From assembly GCA_973895155.1 (NCBI GenBank), contig OZ316895.1:15072816-15136815 (forward strand): a stretch of 64,000 nucleotides of DNA, given 5' to 3'. This document shows positions 63,086-64,000 of this stretch, one piece after another. Source of the stretch: Marsupella aquatica. Lineage: Eukaryota; Plantae; Marchantiophyta. Both the position numbers and the translations under genes were made by a program. Numbering within the stretch: the stretch's first letter is position 1; each line of letters starts with the position of its first letter. The notes under the pieces are model-generated. The model made no database searches, was not told the origin of the DNA, and worked only from the letters and a program-made list of their open reading frames with translations.

Positions 63086-64000
63086 AGAAGCCGGAACCAC
63101 GTTGGCATGTGCGAGCGTGAAATAGATTTAGGGTTGTTCTCGGTGACAACACTGTCTTCTTAGCATCAGGCAAAAAACGCCAAGTGAAGCAAAGTAAACA
63201 GACAGACGAGACGGTGGATTGAATCTTCTGCACAGAGCACGTTGTTGCTCATCATGATGCACGGTAATGCTGTGTGTGATACGCTTCGGTGGTGGCCCTC
63301 CGCCAGAGCTTGGAAGCCCGGCTCGCGAGCTGGTCTGGTAGCCTAGTTAGTGTCGTGCGGGCGCTTCTCTACGGTACTCTGGATGCGGAACAAGAAGAAG
63401 CAAGTGAATCGATTCATTATTTGGTGTCCAAACTCTTTTGGGCTTTGGGAATGATCATTTTTGTAGTTCAGAACTGCCCTCTGCCGTAATTTGGGTCCTT
63501 CGTCGGGTGTCCATTGATTGTGTGGTGCGTCCGAAGTTGAAGAGTCACAGTAGTGGTAGAGAGGGAGGAAAGATGGAAGAGGCTGAGAAATGGAGTGACA
63601 GTATAGACCCGACTGCGGCATGGTCATCAGACTGCGGAGGCGGAACGTAGTGGTGATTTTCGGCACAGAAATTGATCATAGGTCAATTTCTGCGGCGTCG
63701 TTCGTTGGTTTGTTTATGTGCTACAGAAGGGTTACGGCAGTGCTCCCAGTTGCACTGAATGTGAGTGCGTGACTTCAGTCTCTTGAAGAATAGGGCACTG
63801 CAAAGTCCGAGAGCGTTTTTGTAATTCTCATCGACGTTGTCTTTGCTTTCCTTTATCTCATGTCATTTCTAGGGGAGGAGGTTTACTTTGGATTCAGTAG
63901 TGTTGTGTTGGTGAAGGGATGTTGTTGGTGATTTTGTCATGACTTAAGTGCGGGGTAAAAATATTCGCTCGATGACTGGCAGATATGTGTACCAAGCTGA

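Noticed and set aside
63250-64000. Short ORFs at the window end
   Set aside because: No recognisable protein; probably the 5' leader or intron of a gene continuing beyond the window.

Overview
Eukaryotic, intron-rich, repeat-laden plant genomic DNA. The gene content and TE types suggest a bryophyte or other non-angiosperm land plant (inference). Five protein-coding genes can be reconstructed: an SLC25 mitochondrial carrier (+, 286-2507), a GYP1/TBC1D22-type Rab-GAP (-, 16634-22723), Misato/DML1 (+, 37572-41386), an intronless bacterial/FCY1-type cytosine deaminase (-, 42819-43262) and an undivided MadBub (BUB1/BUBR1) kinase (+, 49937-59078). Mobile DNA includes a complete but decayed Ty1/copia element with TSD, two solo LTRs, a 422-bp non-autonomous Helitron with a nearby empty-site paralogue, tRNA-derived SINEs, two MITEs with ANT target duplications, a CRE-type RLE non-LTR relic and a hAT transposase relic. 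Three observations stand out. (1) A ~1.27-kb near-identical inverted duplication copies the TBC gene's promoter, 5' leader and first coding exon in front of Misato, creating a chimeric intron and a predicted uORF or in-frame fusion. (2) The cytosine deaminase is a probable horizontal acquisition, with a decayed tandem copy of its own 5' end and a solo LTR upstream. (3) The MadBub retains KEN/TPR/GLEBS/CDI/kinase and carries a tandem expansion of about 7 ABBA-like motifs. All exon calls and identities were read by eye and need RNA-seq or alignment confirmation.
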